Below, piece after piece: positions 27,724 to 36,865 of a stretch of DNA of 64,000 nucleotides (position 1 is its first letter; every line of letters starts with the position of its first letter). Under the pieces are notes generated by a model that worked only from the letters and a program-made list of their open reading frames with translations, had not been told where the DNA came from and did not search any database. This DNA comes from a virus (Duplodnaviria > Caudoviricetes): positions 1 to 64,000 of IMG/VR virus record IMGVR_UViG_3300033074_001347, one strand, 5' to 3'. Position numbers and translations under genes: made by a program.

Positions 27724-27752
27724 TTGACTACACTTGGTAAATAAGTTATAAT
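27724..27752 (+). promoter_or_regulatory. sigma70-type promoter TTGACT-N17-TATAAT
   Basis: near-consensus -35 and perfect -10 with 17-bp spacer, 31 nt before ATG 27784. Confidence 0.8.
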
Positions 27753-27783
27753 TAATTGTGTTAATTAACCAGAGGTAAATTAT

Positions 27784-28614
27784 ATGAACAGGGTTGCCAA
27801 GGCTATTAAGAGTATAGAATCATCTAGCACCCTAGAGACGTTACTCAAAAGTAATGCTATACTAGGTAGTACAGTTAAGGGCAAGGATTCAGGTGAATTG
27901 GAATTTGACATACCCATATTGGCCGAGGATATAAAATTATGGTCTAAGAGGGACATAAAGAATTTTATAAAAAATAATAAGGTAATTCTCGGTCTTAAGT
28001 ATAGAACCTATAAAGGTTTGGGCACAAAGTCTTGTAGAAAAAAATTGTTGTATGATTTAGGATGTGTTGATATTACTAATGATAAATATGGTAAAGTAAC
28101 ATATAGAGAATTACCAGATAAGGAAATCAAAGTTTTGATGAAAGAATATTTTTCTAGAGGTATAAATTCTCTCAAATCCGAAATTAAAGATTGGGGAGGC
28201 AATCCCAAGGATATTGTAAAAACCATTCATAAAAGGTCAACCCCTAATAATGAAGAGGTAAAACGAGTTTTAGTTGGTTGGTTGATAGAGTGTGATGTAG
28301 CTCTTTACGCACTAGACGCTTTAAATCTAACTCAACTAAAAAAGCTTGCCACCGATGTAGGTGTCAAGTTTAAAAACAAGGAACAAGTTATTGAGGCTCT
28401 CGTCACAAAAGGTTGGAGAGTACCCAATAGCAAGCACAAGGAGAAAATAGAAATGGCAACGAAGAAGGCTGCAAAGCCCGTAGTTGAGGCTAAGCCCACC
28501 AAAACTGTAAAGGGTAAGCCCGCTAAGGCTGCTCCTAAGACCGCTGCAAAGGCTACCACAAAAGGTAAGCCGGTAGCTAAGGTAGCCAAGAAGCCTGCTA
28601 AGGCTAAGAAGTAG
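27784..28614 (+). CDS. putative nucleic-acid-binding protein with Rho-N/HeH-like motif and histone H1-like tail
   Basis: LNLTQLKKLATDVGV..KNKEQVIEAL; last 53 aa almost entirely K/A/P/T/V. Confidence 0.65.
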   Translation: MNRVAKAIKSIESSSTLETLLKSNAILGSTVKGKDSGELEFDIPILAEDIKLWSKRDIKNFIKNNKVILGLKYRTYKGLGTKSCRKKLLYDLGCVDITNDKYGKVTYRELPDKEIKVLMKEYFSRGINSLKSEIKDWGGNPKDIVKTIHKRSTPNNEEVKRVLVGWLIECDVALYALDALNLTQLKKLATDVGVKFKNKEQVIEALVTKGWRVPNSKHKEKIEMATKKAAKPVVEAKPTKTVKGKPAKAAPKTAAKATTKGKPVAKVAKKPAKAKK

Positions 28615-28649
28615 TAAGCACCTTTAAGCATTTAGGGTGAGTACTCATA

Positions 28650-28672
28650 GGGGGGATTAGTCCCCCCTTTTT
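28650..28672 (+). terminator. rho-independent terminator
   Basis: GGGGGGA-TTAG-TCCCCCC followed by TTTTT. Confidence 0.85.
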
Positions 28673-28689
28673 ATTTGGGAGGATAGGTT

Positions 28690-29025
28690 ATGAAACGGGT
28701 AAAGACGTGGAATATATTAACTAGTATTAGAGCTACCCCCATACGAAAATGGCCCAGCCATAATAGTAAAATTTATGTGTTGGCGGCACATAATTCTACT
28801 TATACCTTATTTAAGGGTATAGTGAGAAAAGGCTTAGGGGATGAGACTACTATAGCTATCGCTACCAAGCTAAAATTTAGTAATGGGTATAGTTATCCAA
28901 TGATAGTGATTCCAAAGAAAGATGTATATTTTTGGATAGATGCTAAGAGTGATGAAACTTCTTTGGAACATTGTATGCCAAAGATATTTTACAATCATTT
29001 ATTGCGGCACATAGGCTGTGATTAA
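28690..29025 (+). CDS. hypothetical protein (111 aa)
   Basis: GGAGG RBS. Confidence 0.65.
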   Translation: MKRVKTWNILTSIRATPIRKWPSHNSKIYVLAAHNSTYTLFKGIVRKGLGDETTIAIATKLKFSNGYSYPMIVIPKKDVYFWIDAKSDETSLEHCMPKIFYNHLLRHIGCD

Positions 29026-29039
29026 TTAATGTATAAAGG

Positions 29040-29879
29040 ATGTCAGAAATGACTATTATGGTAGAGGACAGAAAAACCGCATTTGGTATAAATGAGAGGT
29101 TTACAAAAAATGATTTTAAAGATCAACCACTAGGTACCATAAGGGTAAATAGTATTTTTTCTAGCATACAGGGGGAGGGACCTCTCGCAGGCATCCCCGC
29201 GTATTTTGTCAGATTTAGTGGTTGTCATAGGCTTTGTACTTTTTGTGATGCTCCGTGGCTAGGCGGAGATATACTAACGTATGAACAAATACTTGAGAAA
29301 ATGAGGACCTCCGTAAAGGAGGGGTTTTCTAGCCCTTCCTTAGTCATAGTAACGGGGGGCGAACCCACATTACAGCCCAATTTTTATTCATTTTGTAATT
29401 TTCTAATTGATTGCGGATATAAAGTACAGGTAGAAACTTCTGGTGATCTACCTATAGACATTAGACTAAATGAAAAAGTAATAATAGTATGTAGTCCCAA
29501 GGTCAACGAGAAAACTGGAAAGTATGTCAAGTTACCACAACATTCAAACTGGCGTGTAAATTACTTTAAGTTTGTGGTTAGTGCCGATCCTAATTCACCT
29601 AACTACGTGCTTCCCGAATACATATTTGATAAAGACTTTTTGAGGGATCGTGAGGTATTTATAAGCCCTTGCAATGAGTACTTGAGAGTTCCAACTCAAT
29701 ACGACGCTAATGGTAATATTGACAAGCGTTCCCAGATAAATGAGGTAGTTTCCTTTTGGGAGGAAGGCTTACTAGATAGAGTGGCAAATCAAAAAAATCA
29801 TGAATACGCGGGACAACTATGTTTGCGCCATGGATTTAGGTTAAATCTTCAACAACATATATATGTATCACAGGCTTAG
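29040..29879 (+). CDS. queE: 7-carboxy-7-deazaguanine synthase (radical SAM)
   Basis: IFSSIQGEG..AGIPAYFVRFSGCHRLCTFCD, VTGGEPTLQ, QVETSG, IVCSPK, LNLQQH. Confidence 0.92.
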   Translation: MSEMTIMVEDRKTAFGINERFTKNDFKDQPLGTIRVNSIFSSIQGEGPLAGIPAYFVRFSGCHRLCTFCDAPWLGGDILTYEQILEKMRTSVKEGFSSPSLVIVTGGEPTLQPNFYSFCNFLIDCGYKVQVETSGDLPIDIRLNEKVIIVCSPKVNEKTGKYVKLPQHSNWRVNYFKFVVSADPNSPNYVLPEYIFDKDFLRDREVFISPCNEYLRVPTQYDANGNIDKRSQINEVVSFWEEGLLDRVANQKNHEYAGQLCLRHGFRLNLQQHIYVSQA

Positions 29880-29882
29880 TAC

Positions 29883-30152
29883 ATGGGTGATAAGTATATT
29901 GTCAGAGTTGATGCCGATGGGGAACCAATCTCAAAATCTGAGGTAAAAGTACATGCTGGCAGGGACTATGAGGGAGACGGGTTTTTATGTGGCTTTAAGG
30001 ATGACTTCCTATATGACGTACACCATAAATTAGTGTGTGTCAGAGGTAAACCTGCTATAGAAAAAACAGACAAACCTGTTACTTGTCCAACCTGCTTATT
30101 CACCTTGAATAAGGCTGCGTCCTATACTAGGAAAAAGGGAAAGTGGTATTAA
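29883..30152 (+). CDS. hypothetical protein with possible Zn site
   Basis: H..LCG and VTCPTC. Confidence 0.55.
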   Translation: MGDKYIVRVDADGEPISKSEVKVHAGRDYEGDGFLCGFKDDFLYDVHHKLVCVRGKPAIEKTDKPVTCPTCLFTLNKAASYTRKKGKWY

Positions 30153-30493
30153 TGAGATTGCTTGTATGCGGAGGAAGGGACTTTAACGATGAGCTTATAG
30201 CTTATAAAGTCCTTGATGACCTAAGGGAATCAATTACAGTTATAGCTCACGGAGGGGCTACAGGGGCCGATAGTTTAGCAAATCTATGGGCCATAAAAAA
30301 TAAAATACCTTGTAAAGTGTACAAAGCTGATTGGAATAAATATGGCAAGTGCGCTGGCATATTAAGAAATATAGAAATGCTAGATAAATTTAAACCCACT
30401 CATTTGTTGGCCTTTCCCGGAAATAGGGGTACTGCGGATATGGTAGAAAGGGCTACTAAAGCAAATGTAAAGATTCTTGAGCTTAAATGGTAA
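30152..30493 (+). CDS. SLOG-family protein (DUF2493/YspA-like)
   Basis: MRLLVCGGRDF, IAHGGATGAD..A..W, AGILRN..M, AFPGNRGT..MV. Confidence 0.85.
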   Translation: MRLLVCGGRDFNDELIAYKVLDDLRESITVIAHGGATGADSLANLWAIKNKIPCKVYKADWNKYGKCAGILRNIEMLDKFKPTHLLAFPGNRGTADMVERATKANVKILELKW

Positions 30494-30505
30494 TCGGGTG
30501 TTATT

Positions 30506-31513
30506 ATGAGTCAGGTATGGATGCCTAAGCCTAAATTTAGAATAGGATTTGCATGTTTATACTATGGGGACGATGCATCTACCTTTGGGTTTGACCTAAA
30601 AAGTACAACTATTTCACACCTTAAAACCCTAACTTACGCTCAAAGAAACACTAAACTAATAAATATTTTGACACATAACTGTGTTAGTCTATATACGCAA
30701 ATTGCATTTCTTGCAAACCTTCCATCATGCCTACGCATGCTACGTATTAGTTCTGGACTGCTGCCATATTACACTCATCCCTACCTAAAGAAATTTTATG
30801 ACAGACCAGATGTCAAACACATTATAGAATCTTGGCTGTACCTTGCGGGTGCCTATGCAAAGGCCGCTAATATTAGGCTATCTATGCATCCTGGTCAATA
30901 CACTGTATTAAATAGTACTAGCCCCTCTACCGTGGCTAATTCTATAGCAGATATAGAAATGCATTCTATGATAGGTAAGTTGTTAGGCTATAGCAGGCGT
31001 GGTGAATTTATAGTGAACATACATGGCGGGTCTAAAGCAGGGGGCATAAAGGGGTTCAGAGCTAATTTTAGGCACCTTAGTAAAATTGCCCAACAGTTTC
31101 TAACGGTAGAAAATGATGAAAACTCATTCGGTGTAGAGGATTTACTACGACTAGGTGACCTATGTCCTATAGTACTAGACGTACATCACCATTGGTGTTA
31201 TACAAATGGTGAATGGATAAAACCTAATGACCCAATATACGCCGATGTGTTATCCTCTTGGGGAGGACTGCGTCCTAAACTGCATTTATCTATGGCTAAA
31301 GAAGAATATGTTACCGGCCTACCAAAATTTAGTAAATGTATTGAGTTAGCAGGTAATAAATCTAAGCTCAGAGCACACTCTGATAAATATAATGATAAGG
31401 TAGTTGACTACATAATAAAATTCCTACCATATAGTGACATTATGTGTGAGTGTAAATGGAAGCAGGAAGGAGCCATACAAATCTATAATAGGATTAGGAA
31501 TAGGGGAATATGA
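30506..31513 (+). CDS. uvsE: UV damage endonuclease (UvsE/UVDE)
   Basis: RISSGLLP, RLSMHPGQYTVLNS, NIHGG, LTVENDE, VLDVHHH, KLHLS, DIMCECK. Confidence 0.92.
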   Translation: MSQVWMPKPKFRIGFACLYYGDDASTFGFDLKSTTISHLKTLTYAQRNTKLINILTHNCVSLYTQIAFLANLPSCLRMLRISSGLLPYYTHPYLKKFYDRPDVKHIIESWLYLAGAYAKAANIRLSMHPGQYTVLNSTSPSTVANSIADIEMHSMIGKLLGYSRRGEFIVNIHGGSKAGGIKGFRANFRHLSKIAQQFLTVENDENSFGVEDLLRLGDLCPIVLDVHHHWCYTNGEWIKPNDPIYADVLSSWGGLRPKLHLSMAKEEYVTGLPKFSKCIELAGNKSKLRAHSDKYNDKVVDYIIKFLPYSDIMCECKWKQEGAIQIYNRIRNRGI

Positions 31514-31902
31514 AGAATTTTGATGGTAAACTCTGCGCTCGTTGCAGGGGGATCAACACAGAAACCTATGATCGTAGTGGTATACTCCGATTAATGTCCC
31601 GCGTCCATAATGGGGTACATAGTACTATAGAGGGTCAGCAAGAGAGTTACGAGGATATGAAGCGTGATTCTGATCATATGCACGATTACATGATGAGACA
31701 AATATATTGTATATGTAAATTAGATCCCAATTTGCCAGAGGCGGTTAGAGTGGCTAAAGTGAAGAAAGACTGGGCTCAACACCTTAAGATGCGTGCATAC
31801 AGAGAGAGGGAAAAACGCAGGTATTATGCCTATAGGTATAAGTGGTGGCAACGACCTTTAGTTATTTGGTTTGACATGAAATTTAAGTGGAGTAGAGTAT
31901 AG
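31510..31902 (+). CDS. hypothetical protein (130 aa)
   Basis: ORF overlapping the uvsE stop. Confidence 0.55.
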   Translation: MKNFDGKLCARCRGINTETYDRSGILRLMSRVHNGVHSTIEGQQESYEDMKRDSDHMHDYMMRQIYCICKLDPNLPEAVRVAKVKKDWAQHLKMRAYREREKRRYYAYRYKWWQRPLVIWFDMKFKWSRV

Positions 31903-31953
31903 TGAATAGACAAAAATACCCAATTCATTCTTTTAGTGTTGTTAGGGCGCACA

Positions 31954-32973
31954 ATGAGCTTTAATTTTATATGCCTACCGGATTTACACCTAGAGAAATT
32001 AGAGAACTTATTTCCAAATAAGGATACGGTTTCTATGCAATTAGACGCTTGCTCAAAAGTTCTTGATCAAGCTCGTGAAAGAAATATACGTACTATAGTA
32101 CAGTTAGGCGACATATTTGAGAACCCAAAACCTAAACAAAATACTATTTTAAAACTTATACAATGGTTGCATATAAACAAGGACTTTGAATTCCACATAA
32201 TACTAGGCAATCATGATTGGGAAAGTTCTGATAACCATAGTTTTGAGCTTTTAGATTTTGTATCTAAATCTAAAATATTGAGGCATGTAAATGTATATAC
32301 TAAACCAACAGTGGTAAATTTTGGACCAGTACATTGCGGTTTTGTACCCTATCCTTTTGTAAAAGCTCCCAAATGTACGAAACCATTATTATGTTTTGGT
32401 CATTTTGAGATTAAGGGAGCCAAAAGGGATAATGGTCAAGTTATAGCCAAGGGCCTAGAGCTTAAAACATCCAAGAAGTTGGATTGGATAATAGGGCATT
32501 TACACTGTAAGCAACCTCCCTATTATCCAGGTACCTTATATCAATTATCGTTTGGCGAACCATTACCGAAGGGATATTTTGTATGTGAAGCGGATACTGT
32601 AAATGGGAAATTACTTATATCTCGCAGATGGGTGGAATTCAACCCTCCGTATAAACTAATTAATAGAGTAATTAACAAATCAAAAGACCTACGTAATTTT
32701 GATGAACCAAACACCTATTATAAACTGTTTATAAAGTCTTCCATATCACTACCCGGGTCATTTTTACTGGAAAATCCTCAAGTACTAAAGATTGAACATT
32801 TTAGAGAGGATGTAAAAGTACAGGAAAAAGGAGGTCTATTAATAGAGGATCAGTCTAACCTATATTATGATCCTGTAGATGGACTACAAAATTTTCTAGT
32901 GGGAAGAGGCTTGACTAAAAAGCAGATTAATAAAGCCATTACTATGGTAAAGGCTGTTATAGGTCAAAATTAA
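31954..32973 (+). CDS. sbcD: SbcD/Mre11/gp47-like metallophosphoesterase nuclease
   Basis: DLHL, LGDIF, GNHD, FGH, GHLH motifs. Confidence 0.88.
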   Translation: MSFNFICLPDLHLEKLENLFPNKDTVSMQLDACSKVLDQARERNIRTIVQLGDIFENPKPKQNTILKLIQWLHINKDFEFHIILGNHDWESSDNHSFELLDFVSKSKILRHVNVYTKPTVVNFGPVHCGFVPYPFVKAPKCTKPLLCFGHFEIKGAKRDNGQVIAKGLELKTSKKLDWIIGHLHCKQPPYYPGTLYQLSFGEPLPKGYFVCEADTVNGKLLISRRWVEFNPPYKLINRVINKSKDLRNFDEPNTYYKLFIKSSISLPGSFLLENPQVLKIEHFREDVKVQEKGGLLIEDQSNLYYDPVDGLQNFLVGRGLTKKQINKAITMVKAVIGQN

Positions 32974-32994
32974 AAAACGTAAAGTTAACATAAT

Positions 32995-33019
32995 AGGGAA
33001 GCATGGTCTTCCCTTTTTT
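32995..33019 (+). terminator. probable rho-independent terminator
   Basis: AGGGAAG-CATGGT-CTTCCCT followed by a T-run. Confidence 0.65.
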
Positions 33020-33039
33020 ATTAAAAAGGAGTATACCAT

Positions 33040-33570
33040 ATGTGTATTAGTGTCACCAGACCAGATCTACTACGAAAACTGTATAATGATGTAGAGTTGC
33101 CCCAATATCAGACTAGGTATAGTGCGGGAGCAGATATAAGAGCATATTTACCAGATGTAGGTAGTGTATATATTGCACCAGGTAGATATGCACTAATAAG
33201 TACGGGTTTGGCTCTAAATATGACACAAATAAAGGAGATCAAACCAGTATTAAGTCCCGTATCTGATTTAAATAGGTCTGCGACGGTGAATTTTACCTCC
33301 TATGACCAATTATATGAAGTACAAATAAGAAGCCGTAGTGGCCTGGCTCTAAAGAGAGGGTTGGTAGTTGCTCAAGGTGTTGGCACCATAGACATGGATT
33401 ATACCGGAGAGATAAAAGTTATACTACATAACATAAGTGGTGGTGAACAATATGTAGAGCATGGTGAAAGAATAGCACAGCTGGTATTACTACCAATAAT
33501 GCACATGAACTTAGAGGTAATTAGTAAGGATAGGGGCGACGGCGGCTTCGGATCAACAGGGGGTAATTAG
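33040..33570 (+). CDS. dut: trimeric dUTPase
   Basis: AGADI, RSGLA, GTIDMDYTGE, RIAQL, RGDGGFGSTG (all five motifs). Confidence 0.95.
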   Translation: MCISVTRPDLLRKLYNDVELPQYQTRYSAGADIRAYLPDVGSVYIAPGRYALISTGLALNMTQIKEIKPVLSPVSDLNRSATVNFTSYDQLYEVQIRSRSGLALKRGLVVAQGVGTIDMDYTGEIKVILHNISGGEQYVEHGERIAQLVLLPIMHMNLEVISKDRGDGGFGSTGGN

Positions 33571-33571
33571 T

Positions 33572-33958
33572 ATGAAACAACTATACATTAGCTTAGCTTC
33601 TCCATACTACATTGCACAGGAGGACACAGATAAATTCAATATTTTGTTCAAGGAACTTTATAGTAAAATATCTGAACATATGCTAGAGGATATACGGCCA
33701 ATAGATAAGTCTCCAATCCTTGAATTTGATGACTCTAGAACCTATAATTATGGGTATGGCATGTATGGTAAAATACATGCCCGTCGTGCCGTAGAAAAAT
33801 TAATGTCGTTAATGGATATACCCGTGTTGTCTATCCTACGTCCATCAATCCAACTTATTAGTATAGATGTAGATAACACTGGGGAGCCCAAGACTAAATT
33901 CGCAATAAAGTTTAATTGGCACTCTAACAAGTTTAGACTAGACTGCAAATTACAATAA
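33572..33958 (+). CDS. hypothetical protein (128 aa)
   Basis: ORF tiling the operon. Confidence 0.6.
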   Translation: MKQLYISLASPYYIAQEDTDKFNILFKELYSKISEHMLEDIRPIDKSPILEFDDSRTYNYGYGMYGKIHARRAVEKLMSLMDIPVLSILRPSIQLISIDVDNTGEPKTKFAIKFNWHSNKFRLDCKLQ

Positions 33959-33969
33959 GGAGGTATACA

Positions 33970-34416
33970 GTGGGTATATTTAGTAGGATCAAAGAACTTA
34001 TAATTGATTTTTGTGAGCCGCCTGTGCCTTATAATTGGCACAGACTACCTTGGATGTCTAAGCACCTTAATGCTATATTAGTTGCGTATATGAATAAAAA
34101 GTATAGATTTACATTTAGGACAGTCTATAAATCCTCTTTTGTAATAAAAAGATCCATACTTTTGCCTTTTATACGCTATAGGTATTTAATCCTTAATAAT
34201 AGGTTATTTAAGGGTAAGGATTGTACCGTCCTTTATGATGTTCCCAATTTTATAGGTCTTAATGGTAAGGAGTTGAGTCTTAGAGAATCCTCCAGAATTA
34301 TTGAAAAACATATTAAGCTAATGCTGCTTGATAAACAACCCGCATGGTACAGTCCAAAGGGTTTAAACATTAACTTAAGATTAAATCTACGCCAATGCAA
34401 AAGGAAACCGCGCTAG
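33970..34416 (+). CDS. hypothetical basic protein (148 aa)
   Basis: GGAGG RBS before GTG start. Confidence 0.6.
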   Translation: MGIFSRIKELIIDFCEPPVPYNWHRLPWMSKHLNAILVAYMNKKYRFTFRTVYKSSFVIKRSILLPFIRYRYLILNNRLFKGKDCTVLYDVPNFIGLNGKELSLRESSRIIEKHIKLMLLDKQPAWYSPKGLNINLRLNLRQCKRKPR

Positions 34417-35351
34417 CATGGCTAGCTAAAATACCGTCTGATAGAAAAAGAGTAGAGGATAAAGGAGTATGGATTTGTTGCCCTTTTCATAAAGACGGAA
34501 AAGAGCGCACTCCTTCATTGAAACTAAACTTAGATCCTAGTACAGGGGTCCCTGTCGGTGCATTCTTCTGCTTCGCTTGTGGAGAACATGGCTCGTGGAA
34601 TAAAATAGCGGCTAAATTAGGACTACCTCAAGTAGGTAATAATAACCCAGAAAATGGGTTATATGCTTATGGAGTAGATGGGGCATTGGTGAATGAGGCT
34701 ATGGGGAATGCGGAGGTGGCCACCGCCACACACCATATACTTCCTAATGAAACTCTAACTGGTATTTGGGAAGATGATTGGAGAGGAATAAGTGGAAAAT
34801 TACTTAAAAGGCTAGGAGCACAACATTTACTCAATGACACCTACGGCACAGAGAGGGTATATATACCTGTGCATATTATGGGTGAAGAAGTAGGAGCCGT
34901 AAAAGCCTGTCCGACGGGGGAATCAAAACTAAAGTACATAAATACTCCCGGGGAGTGGAGAAAAAACAGTTTATTTCCTTATGACTATACTGCACGCCTA
35001 ATACATAAGTATAAATACAACTACACAATATTATGTGAAGGTCCTAGGGACGCTTTAAATTTGGTGCAGTATAAAGTCCCTGCATTAGCCACTCTTGGTG
35101 CCGGTATAAAGCCAGATGAGAAATGGACTTCAAAAATCAGTACGTTGCTGAATTTTTTGGGCGTAGAAAAAATAGTGCTGGCATTTGACCCTGATGAAGC
35201 TGGCAACAAAGCCACAAAAGTGTATAAGGAAGTACTAACCACCGTAGGCTTTAAGGTAAGCCGCATAAAATTTCAATCAAAGCCAGAAAAGCAGGACCCC
35301 GGCGCTCTTAGCAAATCCGCTATATTATCCCTAAAGAAAAGGTTAGACTAA
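34395..35351 (+). CDS. dnaG: DNA primase (Zn finger + TOPRIM)
   Basis: CPFH..ERTPS..FFCFACG, LCEGPRDAL, AFDPDEAG. Confidence 0.88.
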   Translation: MQKETALAWLAKIPSDRKRVEDKGVWICCPFHKDGKERTPSLKLNLDPSTGVPVGAFFCFACGEHGSWNKIAAKLGLPQVGNNNPENGLYAYGVDGALVNEAMGNAEVATATHHILPNETLTGIWEDDWRGISGKLLKRLGAQHLLNDTYGTERVYIPVHIMGEEVGAVKACPTGESKLKYINTPGEWRKNSLFPYDYTARLIHKYKYNYTILCEGPRDALNLVQYKVPALATLGAGIKPDEKWTSKISTLLNFLGVEKIVLAFDPDEAGNKATKVYKEVLTTVGFKVSRIKFQSKPEKQDPGALSKSAILSLKKRLD

Positions 35352-35371
35352 AAAGGCCCCTAACAGGGGCC
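35350..35371 (-). terminator. terminator at the convergent junction
   Basis: GGCCCCT-AAC-AGGGGCC with a T-run on the minus strand. Confidence 0.7.
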
Positions 35372-35413
35372 AAGTGGGCCGGCACAGTCAGCCCTCTATT
35401 TATTCTTCTTATA

Positions 35414-35704
35414 TTATAACGGAAGCGAACCTTGTTCGGGGGACGGCTTGATGCCTACTGCATACGGGTTTATCCCTCCCCCGAAAACGATACGCACGTT
35501 GGGATTGTGCTTTCTGGCGTAAGCCACCCAGTCGTGCATGACGGTGATTTGCTCTTCCGTCAGATCACCCTTTCCGGTGAAAGACGCTTTCACCGTGCTG
35601 AGCGACCCCAGAGGAAGGGATGCCGAGACCCTCCCGCTGGAATCCACCACATGGGTGATGTCGGTCCCAGCGCGATTGCGCTCAAACTCCATCCTTTGTA
35701 TCAT
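35414..35704 (-). CDS. hypothetical protein (96 aa) in GC-rich patch
   Basis: GGGAGG RBS; locally ~58% GC. Confidence 0.65.
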   Translation of the reverse strand: MIQRMEFERNRAGTDITHVVDSSGRVSASLPLGSLSTVKASFTGKGDLTEEQITVMHDWVAYARKHNPNVRIVFGGGINPYAVGIKPSPEQGSLPL

Positions 35705-35714
35705 GAATTCCTCC

Positions 35715-35867
35715 CTAGTTTTTGATTGGTTTCATGTCTGTGTCAGCACCTACGATGATGATGCTGTCACGCGATCTTGGGCTGAGCATTGCCACGGCTA
35801 GTATCAGTACCAGTACCGATCCTACGCTGGCCAGCATGGCCCAGCCATAGAATTTAGATATTTCCAT
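35715..35867 (-). CDS. 50-aa single-TM protein (not in the ORF track)
   Basis: hand translation MEISKFYGWAMLASVGSVLVLILAVAMLSPRSRDSIIIVGADTDMKPIKN; AGGGA RBS; stop abuts the next gene's RBS. Confidence 0.55.
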   Translation of the reverse strand: MEISKFYGWAMLASVGSVLVLILAVAMLSPRSRDSIIIVGADTDMKPIKN

Positions 35868-35959
35868 GGCTCATTTCCCTTTTGAAAGTTCTGATGATTC
35901 GGTGGACACACATACCACATTTTAGTCATATTAAATTAACATAATTAAGACATAGTATG

Positions 35960-36574
35960 CTAACCTATAATATATACAAAGGATAACAGAGCTGTTTGCT
36001 TATACTTTTCTGTTAATGTATATGTTTTATCCTTAAATTCGTCCCATTGTGATGGGGGAATCGTAAAGCACCCTAGTGAATTATTTGAAGTAAAGCCACC
36101 TTTATGGATGTCTATCCAAAATCGTTGCCCTAAGCTATCTCTGTCTGGTATAGACTGACCTCCTTGTATTTCAGGGTCTCTTAGTACTTGCACAGTACTA
36201 TATTGTCTCCATGCCATGTGGGGGAATAAACCAGTTATGCCATGCTTACCTTTGGTGTGTAATAATACCTGCGGGGATTGAACCGTAGCAACACCCTTTC
36301 TAAATAAGGGCTGGGGATTTGTATTTGCATTAAATATCTTTAAGGAACACCCATTTTCAAATAATATTAACACATCGTTGTATGACCCACGATCTGGCTG
36401 ATCCTTAAAAAAATTTCTTAAAAATAGGCATGTAATAGGATAATCTTTTAGCGCGCCACTATATAGTCCCTTGTCATCAGCGGCTTTCTTTTTAAGCATT
36501 TTCTCGTCTAATAGTTCTGTAAAATCAAGCAAATCGGCAGGTGTTAGCTTAATCTGTGCTAGCGTCAGCGCCAT
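35960..36574 (-). CDS. YkuD/L,D-transpeptidase-fold peptidoglycan enzyme; endolysin candidate
   Basis: IDIHKGG..SNNSLGCFTI (H..G...S.GC catalytic signature); directly downstream of spanin pair. Confidence 0.65.
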   Translation of the reverse strand: MALTLAQIKLTPADLLDFTELLDEKMLKKKAADDKGLYSGALKDYPITCLFLRNFFKDQPDRGSYNDVLILFENGCSLKIFNANTNPQPLFRKGVATVQSPQVLLHTKGKHGITGLFPHMAWRQYSTVQVLRDPEIQGGQSIPDRDSLGQRFWIDIHKGGFTSNNSLGCFTIPPSQWDEFKDKTYTLTEKYKQTALLSFVYIIG

Positions 36575-36575
36575 T

Positions 36576-36854
36576 TTATTTTCCCTCGCATGAATTGGTT
36601 GATTCTAATATACTCAGCCTATCCTCTAACCCCGCTATATACACGTTTAATTTTGTTAAATTAAGTAATATTTTCTGATGCTCATCCGCAGGCATACAAA
36701 TAAGACCTCCTTGCGCATTCGCATATTCCCAATATTCTAGCGTGGGTTTATCTAGTTTAATGGTATTTTTAGTGCCTATATCTGTTGTAGCACAGCCTAT
36801 TAATATATGTGCATAAATAAACAAAAACATGCTTGTAAATACTAGTCTATTCAT
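36576..36854 (-). CDS. outer-membrane lipoprotein (o-spanin candidate)
   Basis: GGAGG RBS before MNRLV (36854); signal peptide with lipobox LIGC. Confidence 0.75.
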   Translation of the reverse strand: MNRLVFTSMFLFIYAHILIGCATTDIGTKNTIKLDKPTLEYWEYANAQGGLICMPADEHQKILLNLTKLNVYIAGLEDRLSILESTNSCEGK

Positions 36855-36865
36855 ACTAAGACCTC

